Assembly: GCA_002010065.2 (NCBI GenBank)
Contig: MTMD02000002.1
Location: 288,001 to 352,000 of the forward strand
Direction: 5' to 3'
Length of the DNA: 64,000 bases
DNA from: Candidatus Pyrohabitans jungbluthii
GTDB lineage: Archaea; Hydrothermarchaeota; Hydrothermarchaeia; Hydrothermarchaeales; BMS3B
Made by a program: the position numbers and the translations under genes. Positions 8,961-18,319 of this stretch are shown piece by piece. The notes beneath the pieces were generated by a model. That model saw only the letters and a list, made by a program, of their open reading frames with translations, was not told the DNA's origin and made no database searches. Within the stretch, counting starts at the first letter, position 1, and every line of letters begins with the position of its first letter.

Positions 8961-9797
8961 CTATCGCTTCGCGAGACGGGTAACTCCGTCACCCGAAACT
9001 GCGTTCCGGGTAACCCAGCAGCCGTTCAGAAGCATCTCCAGCTTGGGGTGGGTGAATGAAGTGTAGTCCAGAATCAGGAGGTCCTTATTCTCGCCGAGAA
9101 TGGTGTCCACATAGCCGTACCAGTACACAACTATGCCAGGACCAAAGTTTTTTATGTAGTGGGAGAGCTGCTTCCTCATATAGAGCTTGTGCTCTTCCTC
9201 GTCTGCGAAAACTGCCTTGCTTTCCACCCACGCTACGCGCATTCCGAGGATTCTCAAGCCACTGACCAAGAAGTCGGGGGTCTTTGCTCCTGCCATCTTG
9301 ACCATACTGTCCTCGCTTATAAAGGCCGCGCCTCTGCTGCGAAGCCAAGCTTTAATTATCTCCTCTCCCAGCTCTCCGCGAATGCGCTGCCTTTCGTGGG
9401 CTTGCCTGGAGAATACAAAATCCCTAGCCTGAGCATCAGCTAACTCCATATCCAGCCTCTCATTGCCGGAGCCCTCGCCATTGAGGGCAAGCCTCTTCAC
9501 CTTCTTCCTGGAGAAACCCATGGCAGAGAGCAAAAAGCGAGCGATGAGTACGGGTGGGAAGTTCCTCTCTTCGGCGATTTCCACAATGCTCTTGCCAGCC
9601 TCCCACTCTGCAAGAAGCTCCTCTTTACGCTTCTCCAAGAGGTGGTAGCTCTCCTTTACGCTTCTAACAACCTTCAGGTTGAGCACAGCTTCCAGCACAC
9701 CCTCTGGCAGGCGAAGCTTCTTAGCGTAAATGCACGCATCCTCTGGAGAACTTACCAAGGAGTATATATGCCGGTACTCCTCTTTCCTGAGGGGCAT
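8961..9797 (-). CDS. C15orf41/CDIN1 (TPD) family PD-(D/E)XK nuclease-like protein
   Basis: KTPDFL...WVESKAVF...QLSHY..NFGPGIVVYWYGY. Confidence 0.75.
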   Translation of the reverse strand: MPLRKEEYRHIYSLVSSPEDACIYAKKLRLPEGVLEAVLNLKVVRSVKESYHLLEKRKEELLAEWEAGKSIVEIAEERNFPPVLIARFLLSAMGFSRKKVKRLALNGEGSGNERLDMELADAQARDFVFSRQAHERQRIRGELGEEIIKAWLRSRGAAFISEDSMVKMAGAKTPDFLVSGLRILGMRVAWVESKAVFADEEEHKLYMRKQLSHYIKNFGPGIVVYWYGYVDTILGENKDLLILDYTSFTHPKLEMLLNGCWVTRNAVSGDGVTRLAKR

Positions 9798-9859
9798 TTT
9801 TATAACCCCCAAGGTTAACGCTGGAAAAATACAAAAGGCGGGCAGAGGGATAAGAAAAC

Positions 9860-10213
9860 ATGCGCTATTTAATTCACACCTCAAGCGGTGACTTTGTGTG
9901 CAGGGCGAAGCTTGCGGATACCTTCTTCGCCCGTGCTATAGGTTTGATGTTCAGGCGGGATTTAGCTAGAGATGAGGGGCTGCTGATAAAGTTCCCGGGC
10001 TACGCAAAAGGTGCAGCAATCCACTCCTTCTTCATGCGCTTTCCCATAGACCTCTACTTTATTGGCGAGGATATGCGCGTAGTTGAGCACGCGACGCTTA
10101 AGCCGTGGAGCTGGTACAAGCCAAGCAAGGCTTGCACCTATGTGCTTGAGGTAAAAGCGGGGAGCGTCGCTTTAAAGCCAGGGGAGAGGCTGAGGCTCAC
10201 CCCTCTGCCCTGA
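9860..10213 (+). CDS. DUF192 family protein
   Basis: ADTFFARAIGLMFR, IHSFFMRFPID, YVLEVKAG. Confidence 0.85.
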   Translation: MRYLIHTSSGDFVCRAKLADTFFARAIGLMFRRDLARDEGLLIKFPGYAKGAAIHSFFMRFPIDLYFIGEDMRVVEHATLKPWSWYKPSKACTYVLEVKAGSVALKPGERLRLTPLP

Positions 10214-12245
10214 ACCTGCGCAGCAGGAAGGTGTAGAACTCCTCCCCGCTCTTCCTGCTCAGCCTTTCAAGTATGAGCTCTGGCGTGGAGCGCGCGAGCT
10301 TTCCCAGCACTGGGTTGCGGTCGACGATGAGGTTCAGGTTCTCATCTAAGCCCTTAGCCTCAATGCCGTCGATGCGCACGCTGGGCAAGCCCAGGCTGAG
10401 GAGCTCTTCCCCCAGGTGGGTTACAATCGCCACAAGTGTGCCGCTATCGCGGGAGAACCACTCCAGCATGGCTGCGATAATCTTCGCCGCGGCTCCAGGT
10501 TCAGTCACCGCCTCTATCTCGTCGGCCAGAATAAGCCTACGCTCAGCCTTGGAGGCTGCTATCCCCGCGAAGCTCCTGAGAAGCGACTCAAAGGCACCTG
10601 CTCCGCTTTCTCCGCGCCGCTTTGCAAAGAAGTAGAGCTTTTGCAACAGTGGTACCTCGGCACTCTCCGCGAGCACAGGCAAGCCGGACTGAGCCATTAT
10701 CTGCACCTGGGCTATGGTCTCGAGAAGCGTAGTTTTGCCCCCCGAGTTCGCGCCGGTGATAACAGCGATTCTCTTGCTGTTAAAACCAAGCTCATAGCTC
10801 ACCGGCTGGGGTTGAGAGGAGGCGCTAAGCAAAAGGTGGCGCGCATTCACAAAGCGAAGCCTCATGGCTTCGCTCACCTTTGCCTGAGTTGCGGAGTAGC
10901 GCAGACTGAAGCTTCCCAGCGCTAGGAGGTAGTCAAGCTCAAGGGCAAGCTCAACGCTGCGTTTTACGCCTGCTACCTTGCTCGCCAGCTTAACAGCAAG
11001 CTCCCTCTTTGCCGCAAAGCTACGGCGTGAAGCCTCGGCGCTGAGCCACGCTTCCACGTCTGCGCTCCTTTCAGGGTTGAGTTCTATGGGATAGGAGACA
11101 GAAAATAAGCCTGCGAACCTCAGCGCCTCACTGCTTAAGCGGAGCCTCTCCGCAAGCTTCGCCTCGTATTCCTCCGCCACCTCTGCTATAACCTCGCGAA
11201 GCTCCTCCGGCAGGTAGCTTCCGGGCGAGGCGCTTATCCTAGCAAGCAGGTCAAGCATCTCTGCGCCGCGAATTGCCACGCCCCGCTTCTCCACACGGCG
11301 CTCAACCTCGCGGTTTGCCTCTTCCACGCAAGCTTCGCTGAGAAGTGCAAAATTAGCGCTGGCATAGGCGTAGGGGTTCTCATCCTCCTTCAGCCTTTTG
11401 ATCCTCTCTGCGATGCGTGCAAGCTCTTCGCCACTCAGGTGCTCCTTACCTATGAGGCGGAGTCTCTCCTCTCCGACTATAGCGAGCACCTCTGCACAGG
11501 TCTCAATCACACTGAGGTTCTCCTCAAAGAAGGATAGGGTAAGCTCGGGAAGAGCTTCAGGCTCTGAGAAATCTGGGAATACCTCCGCATTGGCAGCACC
11601 GCCCAGCATGGAGGCGTAGCCTTTGCTTCCCTGAATATAGCGCACCAGCTCGAAACTGCGCAGCGCTTCCAGGTCTTCTGGGCTCTCTACCAGGAGTACC
11701 TCTATGATGCCTCTGTACTTAGATGATAGCTCCTGGTAGAGTTCCTCGTCCTCCACTGCGAGCACCTGCGAAGCCACCCTCACGTTTCGAGGGGTTTTCG
11801 GATAGCCCATGCCCTTAAGCAGGCGACGAACCTCGCGAAGCTTCTCTGCGCCCAGCGCCTTCGCAAGCTTTACACCCAGCGCAACGTCGCGACGCAGCAC
11901 CTCCAAGCTATTTTCAGACGCCACAGGGTAGAAAAGCGAGAGCTTCGCCTTAGCGTAGCTCGTGCATGCCTCTTTGCGCAAAGCTTCGAGCACCTGCGCG
12001 TATATCTGCCTAGCCTCCGGGGTGGCTAGTATGTCGGCATACTCCACCCCCGTAACCCTTGAAAAAATCTCTCTTGCTATTTCCACCTGCTTCGCTGGCG
12101 CTACGCTGGAAGAGAAGAGCTCATAGAACCTGAGGGAAGCGAAGGAGCGCAGCGCCCTGGCTTCGCTGCCATAGGCTGAGATAAGCTCGGCCCTTACCTT
12201 CTCTCCCACACCTTTTATATCTCTCAGGCTTGTGAGCATGCTCAC
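10197..12245 (-). CDS. Archaeal MutS-family ATPase with N-terminal HhH
   Basis: IKGVGEK; TGANSGGKTT; GAGAFES; LADEIEAVTEPGAA; IVTH. Confidence 0.85.
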   Translation of the reverse strand: MSMLTSLRDIKGVGEKVRAELISAYGSEARALRSFASLRFYELFSSSVAPAKQVEIAREIFSRVTGVEYADILATPEARQIYAQVLEALRKEACTSYAKAKLSLFYPVASENSLEVLRRDVALGVKLAKALGAEKLREVRRLLKGMGYPKTPRNVRVASQVLAVEDEELYQELSSKYRGIIEVLLVESPEDLEALRSFELVRYIQGSKGYASMLGGAANAEVFPDFSEPEALPELTLSFFEENLSVIETCAEVLAIVGEERLRLIGKEHLSGEELARIAERIKRLKEDENPYAYASANFALLSEACVEEANREVERRVEKRGVAIRGAEMLDLLARISASPGSYLPEELREVIAEVAEEYEAKLAERLRLSSEALRFAGLFSVSYPIELNPERSADVEAWLSAEASRRSFAAKRELAVKLASKVAGVKRSVELALELDYLLALGSFSLRYSATQAKVSEAMRLRFVNARHLLLSASSQPQPVSYELGFNSKRIAVITGANSGGKTTLLETIAQVQIMAQSGLPVLAESAEVPLLQKLYFFAKRRGESGAGAFESLLRSFAGIAASKAERRLILADEIEAVTEPGAAAKIIAAMLEWFSRDSGTLVAIVTHLGEELLSLGLPSVRIDGIEAKGLDENLNLIVDRNPVLGKLARSTPELILERLSRKSGEEFYTFLLRRFRAEG

Positions 12246-13609
12246 CTCTCCCAGGGGAACCTGGGGTCGAGGTACTCAGCTAAGCTGGGCAGCGCCTCTT
12301 CAACCAAGCAATTATCGCCCACCAGCACCTCTGCTCCTGCCTCCAGTGCCCTTGCCACGTGACTGGGCACTCCCCTCTCTCTCAGCTTGCCCGCGTCTAT
12401 GAAATCTTTCAGTAACTCATCAGCGCGAACATGCTTTCGCTTCAGGTACACAACCCACCTGTCGCCGCGAATGAATGGTCTGGAAAGCGTGTTTTCCCCA
12501 CCGACGTACTTCTTCAGGAACCTCGGCTCATGCGGAGAGTTCACCTTTGGACCCAAGTGGAGCTTAACAGCGGGTATCTCTGTGCTCGTGAGCTCAAAGA
12601 ATAGCAGCGTCTTTTCACCCACATGAAAGGCGCTGCCCACGACACCGAAATCCTCATTGCGCAGTACAGCTTCGAAGAAGCGCTGGGCTTTTCTCAGCTG
12701 GGGGTACAGGATGTCGTCCACCACGTGGGGGGTGGGAAAGCTCAGCGCTATAAGCGCAGTCCCTCTCTGCCTGAGCAGCTCTCGCAGCGCCTGCTCGCTA
12801 ACCTCCCTCTCCCGGGGGAAGAAGAACTCCAGCCTCGGGTTTGCCAGGTACTCCTTAGCAGCATAGATAAACTCGCTGAACCTCTGCAGAGAGAGCGCCG
12901 CCGCAACGTTGCGGTTCTCGTCAACGGGATCGAGGAAGATGAGCGGTGAGGAGAACTTCCTTCGCACTGCCTTCTCGTCAACATCGCCGCGAAGCGAGAG
13001 CACTTCTCCTCGCTTAAAGTGCTTCGCGGCTTCAAGCACGCGAATAAAGCTTCCAAACTTTATCACCAGAAGCTCGCACAGATAGCCCGAGAATCCCTCC
13101 ACCTTCGCCTCGGCGCCGTAGCAGCCTATGCCCTTGAGAAACTGCTTTAACAGGCGAACTTCGTTTTCCAGGCCGGATATACGCTTCTTAACATAGTCGT
13201 TGTGGAAAGGCGTTCTATCTACAGCGCTCTTCAGGTAGCTCGTGTCTTTTATAGCATAGCACGGCACAAGCTCAACGTCATAGCCGCGAAACTCTCCCCT
13301 GACATACGGATGCTCCGCATACCTCTTCTCCACCCTCTTCAATACCCGCGAAGCTATGCTCGTGACTATGCGCTCCATCTCTTCCTTGGAGTACTCCTCC
13401 GGGAAGAAAATAAAAACGTCCAGATCCTTCTGATAGCGCAGCCAGGTGCCTCGAGAGGCGGAGCCCAAGAGGCGTGCATAAAGGCGGCGATCGTACTGCG
13501 AGGCTTCAGAGTCTATGCGTGCAACCAGCTCCTTCTCCACCTCTCTTAGCTTAGCCTCCTCCTCCGGGGTGGGCACTATCCTGCTGAGCACCTCCTCAAT
13601 AACCTGCAT
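12242..13609 (-). CDS. cca: CCA-adding enzyme (class I)
   Basis: GSASRGTWL...DLDVF, YAEHPY, SAVDRTPFH, GFSGYLCELL. Confidence 0.95.
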   Translation of the reverse strand: MQVIEEVLSRIVPTPEEEAKLREVEKELVARIDSEASQYDRRLYARLLGSASRGTWLRYQKDLDVFIFFPEEYSKEEMERIVTSIASRVLKRVEKRYAEHPYVRGEFRGYDVELVPCYAIKDTSYLKSAVDRTPFHNDYVKKRISGLENEVRLLKQFLKGIGCYGAEAKVEGFSGYLCELLVIKFGSFIRVLEAAKHFKRGEVLSLRGDVDEKAVRRKFSSPLIFLDPVDENRNVAAALSLQRFSEFIYAAKEYLANPRLEFFFPREREVSEQALRELLRQRGTALIALSFPTPHVVDDILYPQLRKAQRFFEAVLRNEDFGVVGSAFHVGEKTLLFFELTSTEIPAVKLHLGPKVNSPHEPRFLKKYVGGENTLSRPFIRGDRWVVYLKRKHVRADELLKDFIDAGKLRERGVPSHVARALEAGAEVLVGDNCLVEEALPSLAEYLDPRFPWER

Positions 13610-13639
13610 GGGTTAAGATATGCAGAGAAAAATAAAAGG

Positions 13640-14689
13640 TTATTCCCTCTCCTGCCTGTAGAGGTATATGTCCATCTTGGGGTAGGGAATCTCTATTCCC
13701 TCCTCTGCAAAGCGGCGGTAAATTTCGCTGTTCAGATAGTGCACCGCTCTGCCCTTATAGCGGGGCTCAATAACCCAGCAGAGGAGCTCGAACTCTAAAC
13801 CTGAGTCGCCGAATCTGCGGAAGCGCACCCTCGGCGAGGGCTTCTCAACAACGTATTCATTCTTCAGGGCTATCTCCTTAAGGAGTTCCTCCACTCTGTC
13901 AATATCACTCCCGTAGGCGACGCTTATTGGAACGCGCACCCTGAACCGCGGCTGAGGGGCGCTCTCATTTATTATCTTTGAGCTGGCGATTATTGAATTG
14001 GGAATGCTTATCAGCACGTCGTCGCGGGTTTTAATCTTTGTGCTTCTCAGCCCTATCTCCACAACCTCCCCGCGCTCGCCTGAGTCTAGGATTATGTAGT
14101 CCCCGATTTTAAAGGGCTTATCCATAAAGATGCTCACCCCGCCGAAGAAGTTAGCTATGGTGTCCTTCGCTGCAAAGGCGACGGCGAAGCCCGCGATGCC
14201 AGCGGATGCGAGTATTGGGGTTATATCCTTTTCCCATACGGAGAGCAGCACCATCGCAGCGCCGGCGAGAAGCACCGCCTTGGCAATATTCTCCAGCAGG
14301 GGGACAAGTTCCTTCCCCAAGCCTGTGACGTCCACGATACGCACCGCTAAGCCGGTGAAGATAATAGAGATGGAGCGGTATAGTGCGACAACCCAGAGGA
14401 GAACCGCCGCAGATTTTAGCAGGTTTACAGTGTATAACTCAACCTGCGCAGGAGGCTGGAGATAGCGCACCGCCTGCACTGCGCCGAAAAGTACTATGGA
14501 CACGAAAAGGGGGCGGTGTAGTATCTCCACCAGGCGGTCGTCGAAGGTGAAGCGGGTGCGCGCTGTTATTCGCGAAAGTCCGCGGGTGACGAGCAGGTCA
14601 ACGAGCTTCGCCCCCACTATGGAGGCGAGGAGCAGAACCCCTGCGTTGAAGTATTTCGAGGCTGTAAGCTCAAAAAGCGCTGGGTCCAT
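13640..14689 (-). CDS. mscS: Small-conductance mechanosensitive channel
   Basis: FAAKDTIANFFGG, KPFKIGD, GLRST, IPNS, GIEIPYP. Confidence 0.92.
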   Translation of the reverse strand: MDPALFELTASKYFNAGVLLLASIVGAKLVDLLVTRGLSRITARTRFTFDDRLVEILHRPLFVSIVLFGAVQAVRYLQPPAQVELYTVNLLKSAAVLLWVVALYRSISIIFTGLAVRIVDVTGLGKELVPLLENIAKAVLLAGAAMVLLSVWEKDITPILASAGIAGFAVAFAAKDTIANFFGGVSIFMDKPFKIGDYIILDSGERGEVVEIGLRSTKIKTRDDVLISIPNSIIASSKIINESAPQPRFRVRVPISVAYGSDIDRVEELLKEIALKNEYVVEKPSPRVRFRRFGDSGLEFELLCWVIEPRYKGRAVHYLNSEIYRRFAEEGIEIPYPKMDIYLYRQERE

Positions 14690-14733
14690 GAGAAAAAGGT
14701 GGTGGAGGGGGGATATAAAGGTTTGGTGGCTGC

Positions 14734-15534
14734 TTAAACAACCGCCAAAACCCCGGCGAGCACCGCAAGGGCGCCGAAAAACGCGCAGAAGTACTCGAAT
14801 CGCAGCTTCCTCGCAGCGCCCAGCAGGAATCTTATTCCTACCAAGCTTGCGACGAAGGATGAGGCAAAGCCTGCGGTGAGCACTTCTAAGCTCAGTGTTT
14901 CAAACCCTCCGGCAAGCGCGGAAAGCAGGTTTACTCCGGCTATCGCCGGAATAGCCATTAAGAAGGAGAGTCTCAGCGCCTCCTCGCTGCGGAAGCGCAG
15001 CATTAGCAGGGCAGCGACTGTGATACCTGAGCGGGAGATTCCGGGCACCACAGCTATAGCCTGGGCTATGCCGGCGATGAGCATGTCTCTACGCATGGCA
15101 CTCTCCACGCCTTTTGTACCTGTGGCTGGCGAAAAGTGAAGCAGCAAAGCGGTGGCAAGAAGCGCAAAACCTATTATTAAATTAACGCCCTCACCAAGAG
15201 TGGCGAAGCTCTCCCTCGCCATGAAGTACAGGGGTACGCCGACAACGCCTGTGGCAAGGGTGGAGTAAATTAAGAAGATGAGGGTGCCCCTCTCCCTTGA
15301 GCCTGCGCTTCTGGATGTTGCAGAGAGAAGCATGTCTTTGATATCCCTACGAAAGTAAACCAGCACCGCCAGGAGGCTGCCCAGGTGGAGGAAGAAGGCG
15401 ACGTCCAGCGCGGAGAGCGCATCCACGCCGAGCAGGTTCACCATCGCAAGCATTGCCTGACCAGAACTGCTTATGGGCAGCCACTCTGCTATGCCCTGGA
15501 GTATGCCGAGCAGTGCAGCCTGAGCTAAATCCAT
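14734..15534 (-). CDS. uppP: UppP/BacA-family polyprenyl-diphosphate phosphatase
   Basis: QGIAEWLPISSSG and PGISRSGIT motifs. Confidence 0.9.
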   Translation of the reverse strand: MDLAQAALLGILQGIAEWLPISSSGQAMLAMVNLLGVDALSALDVAFFLHLGSLLAVLVYFRRDIKDMLLSATSRSAGSRERGTLIFLIYSTLATGVVGVPLYFMARESFATLGEGVNLIIGFALLATALLLHFSPATGTKGVESAMRRDMLIAGIAQAIAVVPGISRSGITVAALLMLRFRSEEALRLSFLMAIPAIAGVNLLSALAGGFETLSLEVLTAGFASSFVASLVGIRFLLGAARKLRFEYFCAFFGALAVLAGVLAVV

Positions 15535-15570
15535 GCACAGAGCTTGTGGCGATGCTATTAAAAGCTTCTG

Positions 15571-16815
15571 CTAAAACCTGGCGATTCCCCACTTATCGAT
15601 GGCAGCCTTCAGCTCCTCATGCTCCTGTGCGTACTCCTCCAAGGCTATGCCCTGGAGCGTCGCCTCTAACGCTTGACGCATGGCTCGAGCGCCTGCCTCA
15701 GCGCCGAGGGGATGGCCGTAGATTCCGCCACCAGCCAATATCAGCGCATCCTCACCCAGGTAATGAACATTCGCAGGTATCTTGCCGGGATGCTGTCCCC
15801 CAGAGGATACAGGCAGGGCACGCCTCAGCTTTCCCATTTTCTGCTTAAGCACAGCAGCGCTCTCAAGCACAGAGTCTATGTCCTCGTACAGCTTGCCGAG
15901 AATCGCGCCTACGTGCACCTGATCTCCGCCGGCAAGGCGAGCAAGCTTGCTAACCACGACGGTGCTTATTCCGTGCACCTCGCTGCGCGTAAAGGCGGCG
16001 AACATATCGCGGTGGCAGTGCACGGGCACATTTATGCTTGGGTCCTCGCACAGCACGCGCAGCGCCGAGAAGCCCGCGGTGATGAAGTTTAGCATCAGGC
16101 AATTGGCTCCGTTTTCAAGGGCGATGTCGGCGTTATCTAAAATCTTATCAACCTCGTCGGTTACGTTGACCGCATAAAGCGTCTTCTCACCCTTCTCCTC
16201 GTTGGCTTTATCTATAGCCTCCATTGTAACAGAGACGCGCTCCTCTATCGGGGAATATTCAGGGTTTGCGATGAGCTCGTCGTCCTTGATAAAATCGACG
16301 CCCCCTTTCGCAGCGAGATAGCACGCCTCAGCGAACTTCTTTGGCGGCAGGCCAACGCAGGGCTTTACAATTGTGCCTATCAGCGGTCTCCCCTTCACTC
16401 CGAGAAGCTCTTTGCAGCCTGAGATTCCAAACTTGGGCCCGCGAAACTCGCTGAGGTAGCTATCCGGAAACTCCAGGTCGAGTAATTTAATGTTCCTAAA
16501 CTCACCCATCTCGAAGAGGTTGCCCGCCACGGTGGTGAGGAGCATGGGCAGGCATACGCCGAAGTTGCCGTGGGGGAAGGCGATTCTCAGCCTGCCTTTA
16601 TTTAACTCTCCCTCCTTGCCAAGCTTCTCCACCTCCAGCACCTTGGCGCTGTACCTTGCTATTAGATCGTCGCTCTCAAAGCCCACCCTTACCCAGGTGC
16701 CGGTGCTCTGCTCCGCCGCCAGAGCTTCGGCAGCCTTTTCCAAATCCATGGGCGTTTCCAGATAGTAGGTGGCGATGACATAGCTCTCCTCATCTATAGC
16801 CTGAGCGAACCTCAT
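15571..16815 (-). CDS. RuBisCO large-subunit family protein, probably a form IV RuBisCO-like protein
   Basis: AEQSTGTW, GTIVKPCVGL, DFIKDDE, HCHR, GKL, SSGG, GGGIYGHP. Confidence 0.85.
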   Translation of the reverse strand: MRFAQAIDEESYVIATYYLETPMDLEKAAEALAAEQSTGTWVRVGFESDDLIARYSAKVLEVEKLGKEGELNKGRLRIAFPHGNFGVCLPMLLTTVAGNLFEMGEFRNIKLLDLEFPDSYLSEFRGPKFGISGCKELLGVKGRPLIGTIVKPCVGLPPKKFAEACYLAAKGGVDFIKDDELIANPEYSPIEERVSVTMEAIDKANEEKGEKTLYAVNVTDEVDKILDNADIALENGANCLMLNFITAGFSALRVLCEDPSINVPVHCHRDMFAAFTRSEVHGISTVVVSKLARLAGGDQVHVGAILGKLYEDIDSVLESAAVLKQKMGKLRRALPVSSGGQHPGKIPANVHYLGEDALILAGGGIYGHPLGAEAGARAMRQALEATLQGIALEEYAQEHEELKAAIDKWGIARF

Positions 16816-17855
16816 AGCTTTGCCTCCTGCTCTGCAAGTAGCATAGTGGCATCCTTCACTCTTAAATCTTCCCCAGCGAGGGTTTTCAGGTGAAGGTAGC
16901 AGCTTGGGCAGAAGGTGGTGAGAATCTCCACTTTTGCTGCCTTAGCCTCTTCCAGGCGCTTCTTACCCAGGGAAGCACTTAATTCTGGAAAGGCGAGAGG
17001 AAAGCCGCCGCCCGCGCCGCAGCAAAGCGTTTGCTGCTTAGCATGCTTAAGCTCGCGCAGCTCAAGCTGCGGGATAGCTTCAAGAAGCGTGCGAGGCTCC
17101 TGGTAAATATTCGCCCCTCTCGCTAGGTGGCACGGGTCGTGGTATGCCACCCTCGCGGCTAATGGCGATAGGGAGAGCTTCTCCATATTCTTGAGGAGCA
17201 GCCTTGAGAGGTGCACCACCTCCACCTCGGGATAATGCCTGCGAAAGGTATTGTAGCACCCAGGGCAGGTTACTATGAGCTTCTCCACGCCCCGCTCCTC
17301 GAGCTTCGCCCTGTTCTTCGCTATGAAGTCTTCCCAGGCGGAGCCGAAGGTGAGCAGCGGTGCACCGCAGCAGAAATCGCGAAGCACCGCAAAGTCTTCA
17401 TAAATTAATCCGAGAAGCTTAATCGCCGCCTCCTCTATCTCCTTCGCCCTAAACTGGGTGGTGCAGCCAGGGAAGTAGGCTATGCTCGCCTCGCCTTCGC
17501 TAGCGGGCATAACCTCGCCGAAGGGATTGCCCATCTCACGGGTAATCTCCACCTTCCACTCGTGGAGGGGGAGCTCGAGCTTGGAAAAGTAGCGGCGCCT
17601 TGCTTCTTCTATCAGTAAAGAAACCTCCACACCAGCAGGGCATGCTACGCTGCATGCGTCGCAGGTGGTGCACTCGAACACGCGGAGCAACGCTTTCTCG
17701 CTCGCAGGAATCTCTTCCTCAAGCAAAGCGAGCAGAGTCTGAAGCTTGCCCCTCGCCACGCTTCCCTCGTTCTTTGTCTCTTTAAAGACCGGACAGGAAG
17801 CGCGGCAGAAACCGCAGCGCATGCACCGCTTCAGAGCTTGGGCAAAAGAATCCAT
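16812..17855 (-). CDS. HdrD/GlcF-like Fe-S oxidoreductase
   Basis: CMRCGFCRASCP, CTTCDACSVACP, CCG, YHDPCHL, CCGAGG, CPSC. Confidence 0.85.
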   Translation of the reverse strand: MDSFAQALKRCMRCGFCRASCPVFKETKNEGSVARGKLQTLLALLEEEIPASEKALLRVFECTTCDACSVACPAGVEVSLLIEEARRRYFSKLELPLHEWKVEITREMGNPFGEVMPASEGEASIAYFPGCTTQFRAKEIEEAAIKLLGLIYEDFAVLRDFCCGAPLLTFGSAWEDFIAKNRAKLEERGVEKLIVTCPGCYNTFRRHYPEVEVVHLSRLLLKNMEKLSLSPLAARVAYHDPCHLARGANIYQEPRTLLEAIPQLELRELKHAKQQTLCCGAGGGFPLAFPELSASLGKKRLEEAKAAKVEILTTFCPSCYLHLKTLAGEDLRVKDATMLLAEQEAKL

Positions 17856-17893
17856 TACCAGCTAACAAAAAACAGCCGTCAAAAACAAAAATA

Positions 17894-18310
17894 TTAAACC
17901 CCAGCGCTCAGTGGACTGGGGCCAAGCTTCTTAATCCGTGCTATGAACTCCTTCATGGTGTTGGCGAAGCGCTCACCTTCGGCGGCGGAAATCCAGCGAA
18001 GCATCAAGCGCTCGGGCTCAATCCCCAGCTCAGGTAAGAGCTTCTTGAGCATCTCCACGCGCTTCTCCGCTTTCAGGTTCCCCGAGACGTAGTGGCAGTC
18101 CCCTATGTGGCATCCTGCCACTAGCACGCCGTCGGCGCCCTCTGCGAAAGCCTTGAGCACATACGCAGGGTCTAAGCGAGCAGTGCACATCAGGCGAATA
18201 ATGCGCGCGTTAGGCGGGTACTGCAAGCGCGAGGTACCCGCGAGGTCGCCGCCAGCGTAGGAGCACCAGTTGCACATGAAGGCTATGATTTTGGGTTCAA
18301 ACTCTGCCAT
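17894..18310 (-). CDS. mvhD: MvhD/FlpD [2Fe-2S] subunit
   Basis: [32 protein letters not shown]. Confidence 0.93.
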   Translation of the reverse strand: MAEFEPKIIAFMCNWCSYAGGDLAGTSRLQYPPNARIIRLMCTARLDPAYVLKAFAEGADGVLVAGCHIGDCHYVSGNLKAEKRVEMLKKLLPELGIEPERLMLRWISAAEGERFANTMKEFIARIKKLGPSPLSAGV

Positions 18311-18319
18311 TTTTCCACC

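Noticed and set aside
15571-16815. Bona fide form III RuBisCO
   Set aside because: KPK is replaced by KPC and the H298 equivalent is lost; carboxylation cannot be claimed
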